Positions 23,186-32,015 of a DNA stretch of 64,000 bases are shown here, piece after piece. A program made the translations under genes and the position numbers. Each line of letters starts with the position of its first letter. Position 1 is the stretch's first letter. The notes under the pieces are model-generated. The model was not told where the DNA came from. It did not search any database and saw only the letters and a list, made by a program, of their open reading frames with translations. This DNA comes from an uncultured Mycoplasma sp. Lineage in GTDB: Bacteria; Bacillota_I; Bacilli_A; RF39; UBA660. The stretch covers positions 190 to 64,189 of the forward strand of contig CAMEEZ010000002.1 of the NCBI GenBank assembly GCA_945915275.1. Direction: 5' to 3'.

Positions 23186-24565
23186 ATGGATATAAGAGAT
23201 TTATATAAAGATTATAAAAAATATTTAGAAAAAACAATAGAACTTGATGGATGGATAAAAAATCATCGTAAACAAGCTCATTTCGGCTTTATCGATTTAA
23301 CTGATGGAACACATTTTAAATCTCTTCAAGTTGTATATGAAGATGAAATATGTGATGATTTCGAAAATATTTCAAAATTAAAAATGGGAAGTGCGATACA
23401 TGTTAAAGGAAAACTTATTGCTTCGCCAAAGGAAGGGCAGGAATTTGAACTTGTCTTAGAAAGTGCTAAATTATTAGGTGATATTGCAGATGATTACCCT
23501 TTACAAGCTAAAGGACGTCCAACTCGTGAGTTTTTAAGAGAAATAGCCTATTTAAGACCAAGAACAAATCTTTTTCAAGCTGTTTTTAGAGTAAGAAGCG
23601 TAGCAGCTCATGCTATTCATACTTATTTTCAAGATAATGGATATGTATACTTTCATGCTCCTTTAATTACTGCAAGTGATTGTGAAGGGGCAGGAGAAAT
23701 GTTTCAAGTAACAACATTAGATTTAGAAAAAGTAGCTTCATCTAAAACTCCTGATTATTCTAAAGATTTTTTTGGAAAGCAAACAGCCTTAACAGTAAGT
23801 GGTCAATTACAAGCAGAAACTTTTGCTTTGGCTTATAAAAAAACTTATACTTTTGGACCTACTTTTAGAGCTGAAAACTCAAATACTAAAACACATGCTA
23901 GTGAATTTTGGATGATAGAACCCGAAATAGCATTTTGCGATTTAGATAAGGATATGGATATTATGGAAAGTATGCTTAAATATGTCGTAAAATATGTTTT
24001 AGATAATTGTCCCGATGAAATGGAATTTTTTGATAAGTTTGTAGAAAAAGGCTTATTAAATAAATTAAACAAATTAATTAATAGTAATTTTGTGAGAATT
24101 GATCATGAAGAAGTAATTAGAATTTTAAAAGAATCTGGAAAAAATTGGGAATTTGAGCCAAAATATGGTGAAGACATAGCCAAAGAACATGAAAAATATA
24201 TTACAGAATATTTTGACGGACCTGTATTTATTAAAAATTGGCCAAAGGATATCAAAGCTTTTTACATGAAGCAAAATGATGACGGCAAGACTGTAGCAGC
24301 TGTCGATCTTGAAGTTCCAGGAGCTGGCGAATTAATGGGCGGAAGCCAAAGAGAAGAAGATTACGATAAACTACTATCTCGTATGAAAGAATTGAATATG
24401 AATTCAGACGAATTAAATTGGTATTTAAATTTAAGAAGATTTGGTGGTTGCATCCATTCTGGATTTGGAATGGGATTTGAAAGATTACTTATTTATCTAA
24501 CAGGTGTAGATAATATAAGAGATGTTATACCTTATCCAAGAACACCAGGAAATTGCGAATATTAA
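23186..24565 (+). CDS. asnS: Asparagine--tRNA ligase (E. coli-type AsnRS).
   Basis: APLITASDCEGAGEMFQVTTLDL...FGPTFRAENSNTKTHASEFWMIEPE is near-identical in pattern to the AsnRS signature, and the size fits. RBS AAGGAG. Confidence 0.85.
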   Translation: MDIRDLYKDYKKYLEKTIELDGWIKNHRKQAHFGFIDLTDGTHFKSLQVVYEDEICDDFENISKLKMGSAIHVKGKLIASPKEGQEFELVLESAKLLGDIADDYPLQAKGRPTREFLREIAYLRPRTNLFQAVFRVRSVAAHAIHTYFQDNGYVYFHAPLITASDCEGAGEMFQVTTLDLEKVASSKTPDYSKDFFGKQTALTVSGQLQAETFALAYKKTYTFGPTFRAENSNTKTHASEFWMIEPEIAFCDLDKDMDIMESMLKYVVKYVLDNCPDEMEFFDKFVEKGLLNKLNKLINSNFVRIDHEEVIRILKESGKNWEFEPKYGEDIAKEHEKYITEYFDGPVFIKNWPKDIKAFYMKQNDDGKTVAAVDLEVPGAGELMGGSQREEDYDKLLSRMKELNMNSDELNWYLNLRRFGGCIHSGFGMGFERLLIYLTGVDNIRDVIPYPRTPGNCEY

Positions 24566-24641
24566 ATAATAAATATCTTTTAACTTTTATTTCTTGACTT
24601 TTTTTGTAATTTTTACTATCATATTTTTCGAGGTGTTATAA

Positions 24642-25217
24642 ATGCTTAATAAAAATGTTAAAGAATTATTAAACGACTTAGGATATTTAATCAATGAGGA
24701 TTCATTAGTTATTGATAAAGAAGCTAATACTTCTATGAAGATTAATATAACAAATAATGAAATTAAAGGGGAAAATGCGTGTAAATATTTTTCATTTGAT
24801 AATGACACTAGTGTAAATGATGCAGAGCAAAAATTTAATAAAATTGTTTTAATTGATAAAATAATGGGGACTTCTTTCCGTGCTACTATTTTTCATAACG
24901 GAATACTTGTAGATATAATTAATACTAATGAATCAGATCATTATTCTATAGAATTTTCTGATAGTGGCATAGTTTTAGGTGAAAAAGTAGATAATGTTTC
25001 CTATCTTGTGTGGAATAATATTAATGAAAAATTAACTACAAATATTTCTGAAGAAAAAGTTTTAGATATATTTGGCAATGAAAATTTATTAACGATTTTA
25101 AAGTATTATTCTGATATAGTTCCAGAAGTTATTGATAGTATTGCTAACTTGACACAACATATCATTTCTAATAATGTTAATGATGAGTTTACAAGGAAGT
25201 TAAAAATAAATGAGTAG
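24642..25217 (+). CDS. Hypothetical protein of 191 aa, the first gene of the inserted cassette.
   Basis: Own promoter-like TTGACT-N17-TATCAT, RBS GAGGTG. No recognisable domain. Confidence 0.45.
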   Translation: MLNKNVKELLNDLGYLINEDSLVIDKEANTSMKINITNNEIKGENACKYFSFDNDTSVNDAEQKFNKIVLIDKIMGTSFRATIFHNGILVDIINTNESDHYSIEFSDSGIVLGEKVDNVSYLVWNNINEKLTTNISEEKVLDIFGNENLLTILKYYSDIVPEVIDSIANLTQHIISNNVNDEFTRKLKINE

Positions 25218-25354
25218 ATAATTACTCATTTTTATTTGTTTAATTTATTTAAATATTATTTAGAAATTTACGTAACACTACTATTAAAAAGAATTTCATT
25301 TTTACTTTTTTTAGATATCATGATATAATCTATTTATACTAAGAGGTGACTTTT

Positions 25355-27109
25355 ATGATGTTTGGAAGAATTTTATATATTACAGATAATATGGCAGAAG
25401 TCGAAAATATTTCAACAGGAACTATTACTGCGGACTTAATGAATGTTCATGTTATTTTTGAAGCTCAAGATCAAAAGATTTTAGGAGAGATAACCGAATT
25501 AAATGATAAAACAATGAAAATTAGATTTCTTGGAGAATATATTAATGGAAAATATGTAAATGGTATTATGAGAAAACCATTGCTCTCATCAAAATTAAGA
25601 ATAATTAATAACTCAGAATTATTGGAAATTGTAGGAACAGCTAGCGAAAAAACTTTTGCTTTAGGAAAAAGTGCTATTTATAAAAACTTTACTATCCATC
25701 CAAATATTAACGATTTATTTTCTAATCATTTAGCTATATTTGGTAATTCTGGTAGTGGTAAATCATGTGGTGTTGCAAGAGTAGTTCAAAATGTTTTTCA
25801 AAATCCTAATACAGAGTCTTCTAATGCTAAAATGTTTATTTTTGATGCGTATGGAGAGTATAAAAACGCCTTTGGAAATATAAATAAAATAAATCCTAAA
25901 TATAATTATAAATTTATTACAACAAATCCAATAGATGATGATGACTTTAAATTAGATATACCAACCCATTTGTTAACATTGGATGATTGGGCATTAATGC
26001 TTCAAGCTGAAAAACATAGTCAATTGCCAATTATTGAAAGAACTATTCGTTTAGCTAAGATTTTTTCTCAAAATAATGAAGAAGCAAGAATTTATAAAAA
26101 TCACTTGATAGCTAAAGCCTTATTAGCTATATTATTTAGTAACCAAACTACTTCCAGTAAAAAGAATGAAATATTTACAATATTAGAAGTATGTAATACA
26201 CAAGAATTTAATTTTGATACCATTATTCCTGGACTTGGATATAGCAGAACTTTAAGTGAATGTTTTGAAATTGATTCTAATGGAAATTTTGGCGAAAGTG
26301 TTTTAATAACAAATTATATTTTAAGTCATATTAAAGATGATATTGAAAATATTCAAGTTCCGTTAAATAGCTATTATTCAATTAAAGACTTTGGAAAAGC
26401 AATGGAATTTACTTTAATTAGTGAAGGATTCCAAAATAATGCTAATTTATATGCTGACTCAATTATTTTAAAAGTTAGATTAAATGCTATTATTACAAGT
26501 AAAGTTGGAACGTATTTTAGTGGAGATAAATATGTTGAAACTGATGACTATATTGCTTCTTTAAGCGATAAAAATGGTAATAAAGCCCAAATTATAAATA
26601 TTAATTTAGAAGATATAGATGATGTATATGCAAAAGTTATAGTTAAAATATTCTCAAGATTATTGTTTGAGTCTGCTAAAAAAAGAGCTCAAAGAGCAAC
26701 AATGCCATTTCATTTATTCTTAGAGGAAGCTCATAGGTATGTTCAAAAAGATATAGATACTTTCTTAATTGGATATAATATTTTTGATCGTATAGCTAAG
26801 GAAGGTCGTAAATACGGGGTTTTACTTGATATTATAAGTCAAAGACCTGTGGAGATTTCTGATACAGTTATAGCTCAATGCTCAAACTTCTTAATATTTA
26901 AAATGACTCATCCAAAAGATATTAAATATATTGAAGAAATGTTACCAAATATTTCCGCTGATGTAATAGAAAAACAAAAAGTCTTACAACCAGGTAGTTG
27001 CGTAGGTTTTGGTAGTGCATTTAAAATACCTATGATTATTAAATTAGAAATGCCTAATCCAACTCCTTATAGTTCTAACTGTGATGTATCTAAATGTTGG
27101 AAGAACTAA
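25355..27109 (+). CDS. HerA/FtsK-superfamily ATPase (DUF87 / HerA-like).
   Basis: N-terminal HAS-barrel-like segment (GRILYITDNMAEVEN...). Walker A AIFGNSGSGKS. Walker B HLFLEEAHRY. ISQRP arginine-finger region. ~585 aa. RBS AAGAGGTG. Confidence 0.75.
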   Translation: MMFGRILYITDNMAEVENISTGTITADLMNVHVIFEAQDQKILGEITELNDKTMKIRFLGEYINGKYVNGIMRKPLLSSKLRIINNSELLEIVGTASEKTFALGKSAIYKNFTIHPNINDLFSNHLAIFGNSGSGKSCGVARVVQNVFQNPNTESSNAKMFIFDAYGEYKNAFGNINKINPKYNYKFITTNPIDDDDFKLDIPTHLLTLDDWALMLQAEKHSQLPIIERTIRLAKIFSQNNEEARIYKNHLIAKALLAILFSNQTTSSKKNEIFTILEVCNTQEFNFDTIIPGLGYSRTLSECFEIDSNGNFGESVLITNYILSHIKDDIENIQVPLNSYYSIKDFGKAMEFTLISEGFQNNANLYADSIILKVRLNAIITSKVGTYFSGDKYVETDDYIASLSDKNGNKAQIININLEDIDDVYAKVIVKIFSRLLFESAKKRAQRATMPFHLFLEEAHRYVQKDIDTFLIGYNIFDRIAKEGRKYGVLLDIISQRPVEISDTVIAQCSNFLIFKMTHPKDIKYIEEMLPNISADVIEKQKVLQPGSCVGFGSAFKIPMIIKLEMPNPTPYSSNCDVSKCWKN

Positions 27110-27110
27110 T

Positions 27111-27506
27111 ATGGCTAAATATAATATTAGAAAGTTTACTTTGAATGAAATTGAAATGTTTTTTGTTGAAAGATATCAAGCTACATTAAATAAAAAAAAT
27201 TCCATATACTTAGATTTAGAATTTAAAAATCATGATATATTTAAGAAAACAAAGTCTGAAATATCCGGACAAGCTAGGTTAAAAGAATTGTTCCCTGATT
27301 TAAATTTTGATGATTATTATTTAGGAATTTATATTAATGTAAATTCTGATGGAGAATTCATTGGAACTGCTTGTGGTTCAAGCTGTCACATGTATTTTTT
27401 ATTAACTATATTGTTAGGGGATAATTTAGAAAATAATTTTGGTGATGAAGAAAAGGAACTTTTTGAACAAGCTTATTTGGAAATAAAAGATTATTTTAAT
27501 GTTTAA
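27111..27506 (+). CDS. Hypothetical protein of 131 aa, translationally coupled to the HerA-like ATPase.
   Basis: ATG lies 1 nt after the HerA stop (TAAtATG). No recognisable domain. Confidence 0.5.
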   Translation: MAKYNIRKFTLNEIEMFFVERYQATLNKKNSIYLDLEFKNHDIFKKTKSEISGQARLKELFPDLNFDDYYLGIYINVNSDGEFIGTACGSSCHMYFLLTILLGDNLENNFGDEEKELFEQAYLEIKDYFNV

Positions 27507-27540
27507 TAAATGTTAAATTTATGTAAAATTCTATGAATGT

Positions 27541-27575
27541 TGCATAAATTTTTTTATGTTGTGATATAATATAAA
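27541..27575 (+). promoter_or_regulatory. Sigma-A-like promoter with an extended -10, upstream of the tcdA leader.
   Basis: TTGCAT, a ~16-nt spacer, then TGATATAAT. Confidence 0.45.
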
Positions 27576-27584
27576 TGCCTAGAG

Positions 27585-27750
27585 GAATAGTTTGTTTTTC
27601 ATAAAACCGACTAAGATAGAACATTGGGAATCTAATTGTTTTGCTGTGTTGAATGCTGTATTTTTACAGAATCCTGATGCAAAGCATGTGATGCCCCCCT
27701 CGAGAGAGCGGGCTTTTATCACTAACGGACTTTTCTCTAGGTTTTTATTT
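27585..27750 (+). ncRNA. Candidate structured 5' leader or cis-regulatory RNA of tcdA, class unknown.
   Basis: CCTAGAG (27589-95) pairs with CTCTAGG (~27735-41) as a long-range helix. Internal hairpins CTGTA-tttt-TACAG, ATGC-aaa-GCAT and GCCCcc..gCGGGC-TTTT. The RBS follows immediately. Confidence 0.3.
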
Positions 27751-27761
27751 GGAGTGATTAT

Positions 27762-28442
27762 ATGCAGTTTGATAGACTTAAATTGATGTTTGATGAAAAA
27801 AAATTAAATGAGATTCAAAATAAAAATATTCTTATTGTTGGGGTAGGCGGAGTAGGAGGTTCTGCTTTAGAATCATTAGTTAGGTTTGGAGTAAAAAATA
27901 TTACAATAATAGATAACGATGTAATAGATATAACTAATCTGAATCGTCAAATTATTTCCTTACATAGCAATATTGGCTTAAAAAAAGTTGATGTAGCTAA
28001 AAGTAGGGCTTTAGATATATACCCAAAAATAAATATTTTAGCATTAGATCTATTTTTAGATTCTTCAAATATAGCAAATATATTAAGTAATAATTATGAT
28101 TTTGTAATAGATGCATGTGATACTATAACTACGAAATTAGAATTAATTAGGTATTGTCAAAAGAATAATATTGATTTAATAACCTGTTTAGGAACCGGAA
28201 ATAGATGTAATTGTACTAAAGTTGAGATAACAACATTAAATAAAACTCATTCAGATCCATTAGCTAAGATTTTAAGAAAATTAGTAAAAGATAATAATTT
28301 GGATGGTAAATTGAAAGTCGTGTGGAGTAGCGAGATTCCAGTTAAAACCCATACTAAAATACCAGGCAGTAATGCAATAGTTCCCAATATAGCCGGTATA
28401 TATTTAGCAAACTATATAATTAATGAAATTTTATCTAATTAA
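27762..28442 (+). CDS. tcdA: ThiF/MoeB/HesA-family E1-like enzyme, probably tRNA threonylcarbamoyladenosine dehydratase TcdA (YrvM-like).
   Basis: ILIVGVGGVGGSALESL...IIDNDVIDITNLNRQ nucleotide-binding motif. No CxxC pair or sulfur-carrier partner. Position equals B. subtilis yrvM. Confidence 0.6.
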   Translation: MQFDRLKLMFDEKKLNEIQNKNILIVGVGGVGGSALESLVRFGVKNITIIDNDVIDITNLNRQIISLHSNIGLKKVDVAKSRALDIYPKINILALDLFLDSSNIANILSNNYDFVIDACDTITTKLELIRYCQKNNIDLITCLGTGNRCNCTKVEITTLNKTHSDPLAKILRKLVKDNNLDGKLKVVWSSEIPVKTHTKIPGSNAIVPNIAGIYLANYIINEILSN

Positions 28443-28443
28443 A

Positions 28444-28466
28444 AAATGCTTGTTAAGCATTTTTTT
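28444..28466. terminator. Bidirectional rho-independent terminator between tcdA and rarA.
   Basis: AAAAAATGCTT-gtta-AAGCATTTTTTT. Confidence 0.6.
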
Positions 28467-29661
28467 TAATATTATTAATCTTGTCTGCCACCTTCTTAAA
28501 ATTTGTTTCATAACCATTATTTTTAGGATGGTAATATTGTTTAAATTTTAAATTGCTTGGTAAGTATTCTTGATATATATAATCGTTTGGATAATCATGC
28601 GGGTATTTATATGTTGTCGTAGAAGGCCTTATATGTTCTGGAATCCGCCCAGAATTCCCACTTTCAATATCTTTTATTGCTTCATTTATAGCTAAATATG
28701 CACTATTACTTTTCGGAGATAAAGCCATTTCTGTAACAATTTCTCCAAGTACAATTCGTGCTTCGGGAAGTCCAACTAATTCGGAAGCATGGATTGCTGC
28801 CATCAATCTTGGGCCAATATTAGGATTAGCAAGTCCAATATCTTCATAGGCTATAACACTAAGTCTTCTATATATACTATCTAAATCTCCGGCTACAATT
28901 AATCTGGCTAAATAATGAAGAGATGCATCAACATCACTTCCACGAATAGATTTTTGAAAAGCACTTAATACATCATAATGGCCATCTTCATTTTTATCAT
29001 GTAAAAATACACCTTTATTATTGATTTGTTTTAATAAATCTAATGTTATGATCTTATCTTTACTAGAATAGTAGGCAATTTCTAAAAAATTAATAGCACT
29101 TCTCAAATCACCATTAGAATATGTAGTAATATATTCTAGTGACTTTTTATCTATTTTAATATTTTCTAGTTCTTTAGAAGCTTTTTTTAACCCTTTAATA
29201 ATATCTTCGCTTGTTAAATCATGAAGCTCAAAAATTTGACATCTACTTCTTATTGCCGGATTTATTTTATGATATGGATTAGCAGTCGTAAGACCTATTA
29301 AGATTATTAATCCTGATTCTATATATGGAAGTAATATATCTTGTTTATCTTTGTTCATTCGATGAATTTCATCAACAACTAAAATCATTTCACCATACAT
29401 TTTTGCTTCTTCAATTGCAACATCAAAATCATTTTTATTATTAACAGTAGCATTTAAAAAACGATATTTTATATCTAATTCATTCGTAATGGCGCTGGCA
29501 ATACTAGTTTTACCAATTCCAGGTCGACCATACAAAATCATGGAAAAAACTTTTTTGTTTTTTATCATATTGGTTATAACTTTATCTTTTCCAACTAAAT
29601 GAGTTTGACCTATTATGTCTATTATTTTTTTGGGCCTTAAAGTATTTGCTAATAAATCCAT
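28453..29661 (-). CDS. rarA: Replication-associated recombination protein A (RarA/MgsA AAA+ ATPase).
   Basis: MDLLANTLRPKKI.DIIGQ.HL, YGRPGIGKTS, VDEIHR. RBS AAAGGTGGTGA. Confidence 0.85.
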   Translation of the reverse strand: MDLLANTLRPKKIIDIIGQTHLVGKDKVITNMIKNKKVFSMILYGRPGIGKTSIASAITNELDIKYRFLNATVNNKNDFDVAIEEAKMYGEMILVVDEIHRMNKDKQDILLPYIESGLIILIGLTTANPYHKINPAIRSRCQIFELHDLTSEDIIKGLKKASKELENIKIDKKSLEYITTYSNGDLRSAINFLEIAYYSSKDKIITLDLLKQINNKGVFLHDKNEDGHYDVLSAFQKSIRGSDVDASLHYLARLIVAGDLDSIYRRLSVIAYEDIGLANPNIGPRLMAAIHASELVGLPEARIVLGEIVTEMALSPKSNSAYLAINEAIKDIESGNSGRIPEHIRPSTTTYKYPHDYPNDYIYQEYLPSNLKFKQYYHPKNNGYETNFKKVADKINNIKKNA

Positions 29662-29746
29662 AAATATCACCACCTTTTTATTATAACACAAATTTTGCAA
29701 ATAAACGTTTTATAGAGTATAATAATTATATAAGGTGGTAACTTCT

Positions 29747-30628
29747 ATGGAAGATAAATATATTAATTTGTACTTAGATTATTTAAAATATGAAAAAAAA
29801 CTTGCTAAAAATACATTAAATTCATATCGTGATAATTTAATATACTTTAAAGAATTTATAAATAAAAAAAGTATGTTAAAAGCTACTAAAACAGATATAA
29901 AAAACTTTTTGGCAGCAAATAGGAAAAGAAGTGATAGAACAAGAGCTCATTATCTTACCGTATTAAAATCCTTTTATAATTATTTAATTTCAAATGAATA
30001 TTTAATGAAAAATCCTGTTGAAAACATAGTTCTACCCAAATTATCAAAAAAACTTCCTAAATCTTTAACTATTGAAGAAGTAGACAAACTTTTAGATATT
30101 GAACTTAAAACATCATTAGATTATCGTAATAAAGCTATGCTAGAACTTTTATATGCTACCGGTGTAAGAATAAGTGAATTAATTAATTTAACCATCGCTA
30201 ATATTTCTTTTGAAGATGACTTAATTAGAGTTGTAGGAAAAGGAAGTAAAGAAAGAATAATTCCTGTTGGAGAAATAGCTATGGAATTTTTAAAAATATA
30301 TCTTGAAGAACATCGTAATTATTTATTAAAGAATAAAAATAGTGAATATATATTTTTAAATAATTTTGGAAATCCTATTACTAGGCAAGGATTCTTTAAG
30401 ATATTAAAAAAGGAATGTTTAAAGAAAAATATAAACCAAGAAATAAGCCCACATACTTTAAGGCATTCATTTGCTTCTCATATGCTTAATAATGGAGCAG
30501 ATTTAAGAATAGTTCAAGAACTCTTAGGACATTCCGATATTTCTACAACGCAAATATATACTCATTTATGTAATGAAAAAATGAGAAAAGATTATGAAAA
30601 TCATCCTCATCAAAAAAAGGAAATTTAA
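29747..30628 (+). CDS. xerD: Tyrosine recombinase of the XerD/XerC type.
   Basis: C-terminal HTLRHSFASHML..GADLRIVQELLGHSDISTTQIYTH with catalytic R..H..R..Y. RBS AAGGTGG. Confidence 0.8.
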   Translation: MEDKYINLYLDYLKYEKKLAKNTLNSYRDNLIYFKEFINKKSMLKATKTDIKNFLAANRKRSDRTRAHYLTVLKSFYNYLISNEYLMKNPVENIVLPKLSKKLPKSLTIEEVDKLLDIELKTSLDYRNKAMLELLYATGVRISELINLTIANISFEDDLIRVVGKGSKERIIPVGEIAMEFLKIYLEEHRNYLLKNKNSEYIFLNNFGNPITRQGFFKILKKECLKKNINQEISPHTLRHSFASHMLNNGADLRIVQELLGHSDISTTQIYTHLCNEKMRKDYENHPHQKKEI

Positions 30629-30638
30629 ACTTTCCTTT
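30616..30638. terminator. Bidirectional terminator hairpin overlapping the xerD stop.
   Basis: AAAGGAAA-tttaaac-TTTCCTTT with U-runs on both sides. Confidence 0.5.
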
Positions 30639-30644
30639 TTTAAA

Positions 30645-30767
30645 TTATTTTCTATTACTACGACTACAATTTGATTCATTAGCTCTAGAATTGTTTTTAC
30701 GTTCTTGAGTTTTTCTAGAACGATTTTTTTGATTGTTTATAGAATTATTTCTATTATTTCTTTCCAT
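30645..30767 (-). CDS. Small (40 aa) highly basic Arg/Asn/Ser-rich protein.
   Basis: Strong RBS AGGAGGT 9 nt upstream of ATG. Translation MERNNRNNSINNQKNRSRKTQERKNNSRANESNCSRSNRK. It ends at the bidirectional terminator. Confidence 0.4.
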   Translation of the reverse strand: MERNNRNNSINNQKNRSRKTQERKNNSRANESNCSRSNRK

Positions 30768-30891
30768 AATATTTTACCTCCTATTTATATTATGGATATA
30801 AATTTAAATATCATTCTTTCATTTTATGGTAATTATTGGTTGATATTTAACAAATAAATATAGTAAAATTAATGTAACATAGGTGATTAAT

Positions 30892-31956
30892 ATGAACGCT
30901 AGTATTAGAAAAATGATTGGTCAAAAATTTATTTTAGGAATAGATAGTTCTTTAGATGATAGTATTTTAAAAGATTTAATTCAAAAATATAAAATAGGTG
31001 GTTTCATTTTATATAAGAATAATTATGATGATTATCCTAGTATGCTTAAATTTATCAAAAAATTAAAAGAATATAATAAAGTAAATAATATTCCTCTTTT
31101 TATTTCTATTGATCAGGAAGGCGGAAGAGTAAATAGACTACCAAATGAGATTAAAAATACTCCGGCAGCTTTTAAACTAACTAAAAATAAAAATGCTTGC
31201 AAAAATATTGAAACTAGTGCTAGATTAGTTAATGAGATCCTAAAAGAATCTGGAATTAATATGAATTTTGCGCCTGTTTTAGATATTAAAAGATTTAAAG
31301 ATGATCATGCTATCGGAGATAGATCCTTTGGGGAAAATGCAAAAGACGTTATCAAATATGGATTAGACTATTTTAAATATCTCAATGATAATTTGATTGC
31401 CGTTACTAAACATTTCCCAGGCCATGGAGCAATTCAAAAAGATTCACATTATTTTTTACCATCTGTACGTAGTTATGATTGTTTTGAAGAAGATATCAAG
31501 CCTTTTATGGAAGCAATTAAACAAGGATGCGATGCTATTATGGTTGGTCATATTCTTATCAAAGAAGTTAATCATTTTTATCCTATCGCTTTTGATAATA
31601 AATTCTTGGAAACAAAATTAAGAAAAGAAGCAAATTATGAAGGATTATTGATAACAGATGAATTAAAAATGAAAAGTATTTTATTCAGATATAACATAAT
31701 GAATTTAATAAAAAGAGCATTTCAAGGAGAAATTGATATTATTCTAATGAAATATAATAATGATTTAGCAAAATTTAATAAATTATATGAATTATATAAT
31801 AATAAGGTACTAGATGTCCAAAAATTAAGAAAAAGTTATCAACGAATAATTAATGTGAAGAAGAAGTATAATCTAAATGATAATATTGGATATAAAGGAA
31901 TTAGTCTTGAAGAATATAATAAAGAATTAGAAATTTTATTAAATAAAATAGAATAA
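30892..31956 (+). CDS. nagZ: Glycoside hydrolase family 3 beta-N-acetylhexosaminidase (NagZ-like).
   Basis: IDQEGGRV and KHFPGHG motifs. RBS AGGTGA. Confidence 0.75.
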   Translation: MNASIRKMIGQKFILGIDSSLDDSILKDLIQKYKIGGFILYKNNYDDYPSMLKFIKKLKEYNKVNNIPLFISIDQEGGRVNRLPNEIKNTPAAFKLTKNKNACKNIETSARLVNEILKESGINMNFAPVLDIKRFKDDHAIGDRSFGENAKDVIKYGLDYFKYLNDNLIAVTKHFPGHGAIQKDSHYFLPSVRSYDCFEEDIKPFMEAIKQGCDAIMVGHILIKEVNHFYPIAFDNKFLETKLRKEANYEGLLITDELKMKSILFRYNIMNLIKRAFQGEIDIILMKYNNDLAKFNKLYELYNNKVLDVQKLRKSYQRIINVKKKYNLNDNIGYKGISLEEYNKELEILLNKIE

Positions 31957-32015
31957 TTAAAACTTTTAGAAAGAATTTTAATTTTATTATTTCATATATT
32001 TAAATGGTGATTAAG

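Noticed and set aside
24587-24808. 73-aa minus-strand ORF overlapping the start of the first cassette gene.
   Set aside because: No RBS. It overlaps the promoter and 5' end of the plus-strand gene, and the plus-strand ORF is longer with promoter and RBS support.
27585-27750. TPP (THI-box) riboswitch in front of a ThiF-like gene.
   Set aside because: Only a CCUGAU hexamer and a CUAAGA near-match to CUGAGA are present. The P4/P5 helices (ACCC/GGGA, CUGG..CCAG) of the TPP aptamer are absent. The gene also lacks the ThiF CxxC and a ThiS partner, so a TPP riboswitch is not supported.
27585-27750. 6S RNA or tmRNA in the tcdA upstream region.
   Set aside because: It is too short for tmRNA and lacks a T-arm and CCA end. 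There is no large central bubble flanked by long helices as in 6S RNA.
27592-27786. 64-aa ORF (TTG start) overlapping the tcdA leader.
   Set aside because: It has a non-ATG start and no RBS. It lies entirely within the structured leader and runs into tcdA in another frame. It is better explained as non-coding leader RNA.
31397-31621. 74-aa ORF inside nagZ in an alternate frame.
   Set aside because: It is embedded in a GH3 gene with a clear motif, and has no RBS.
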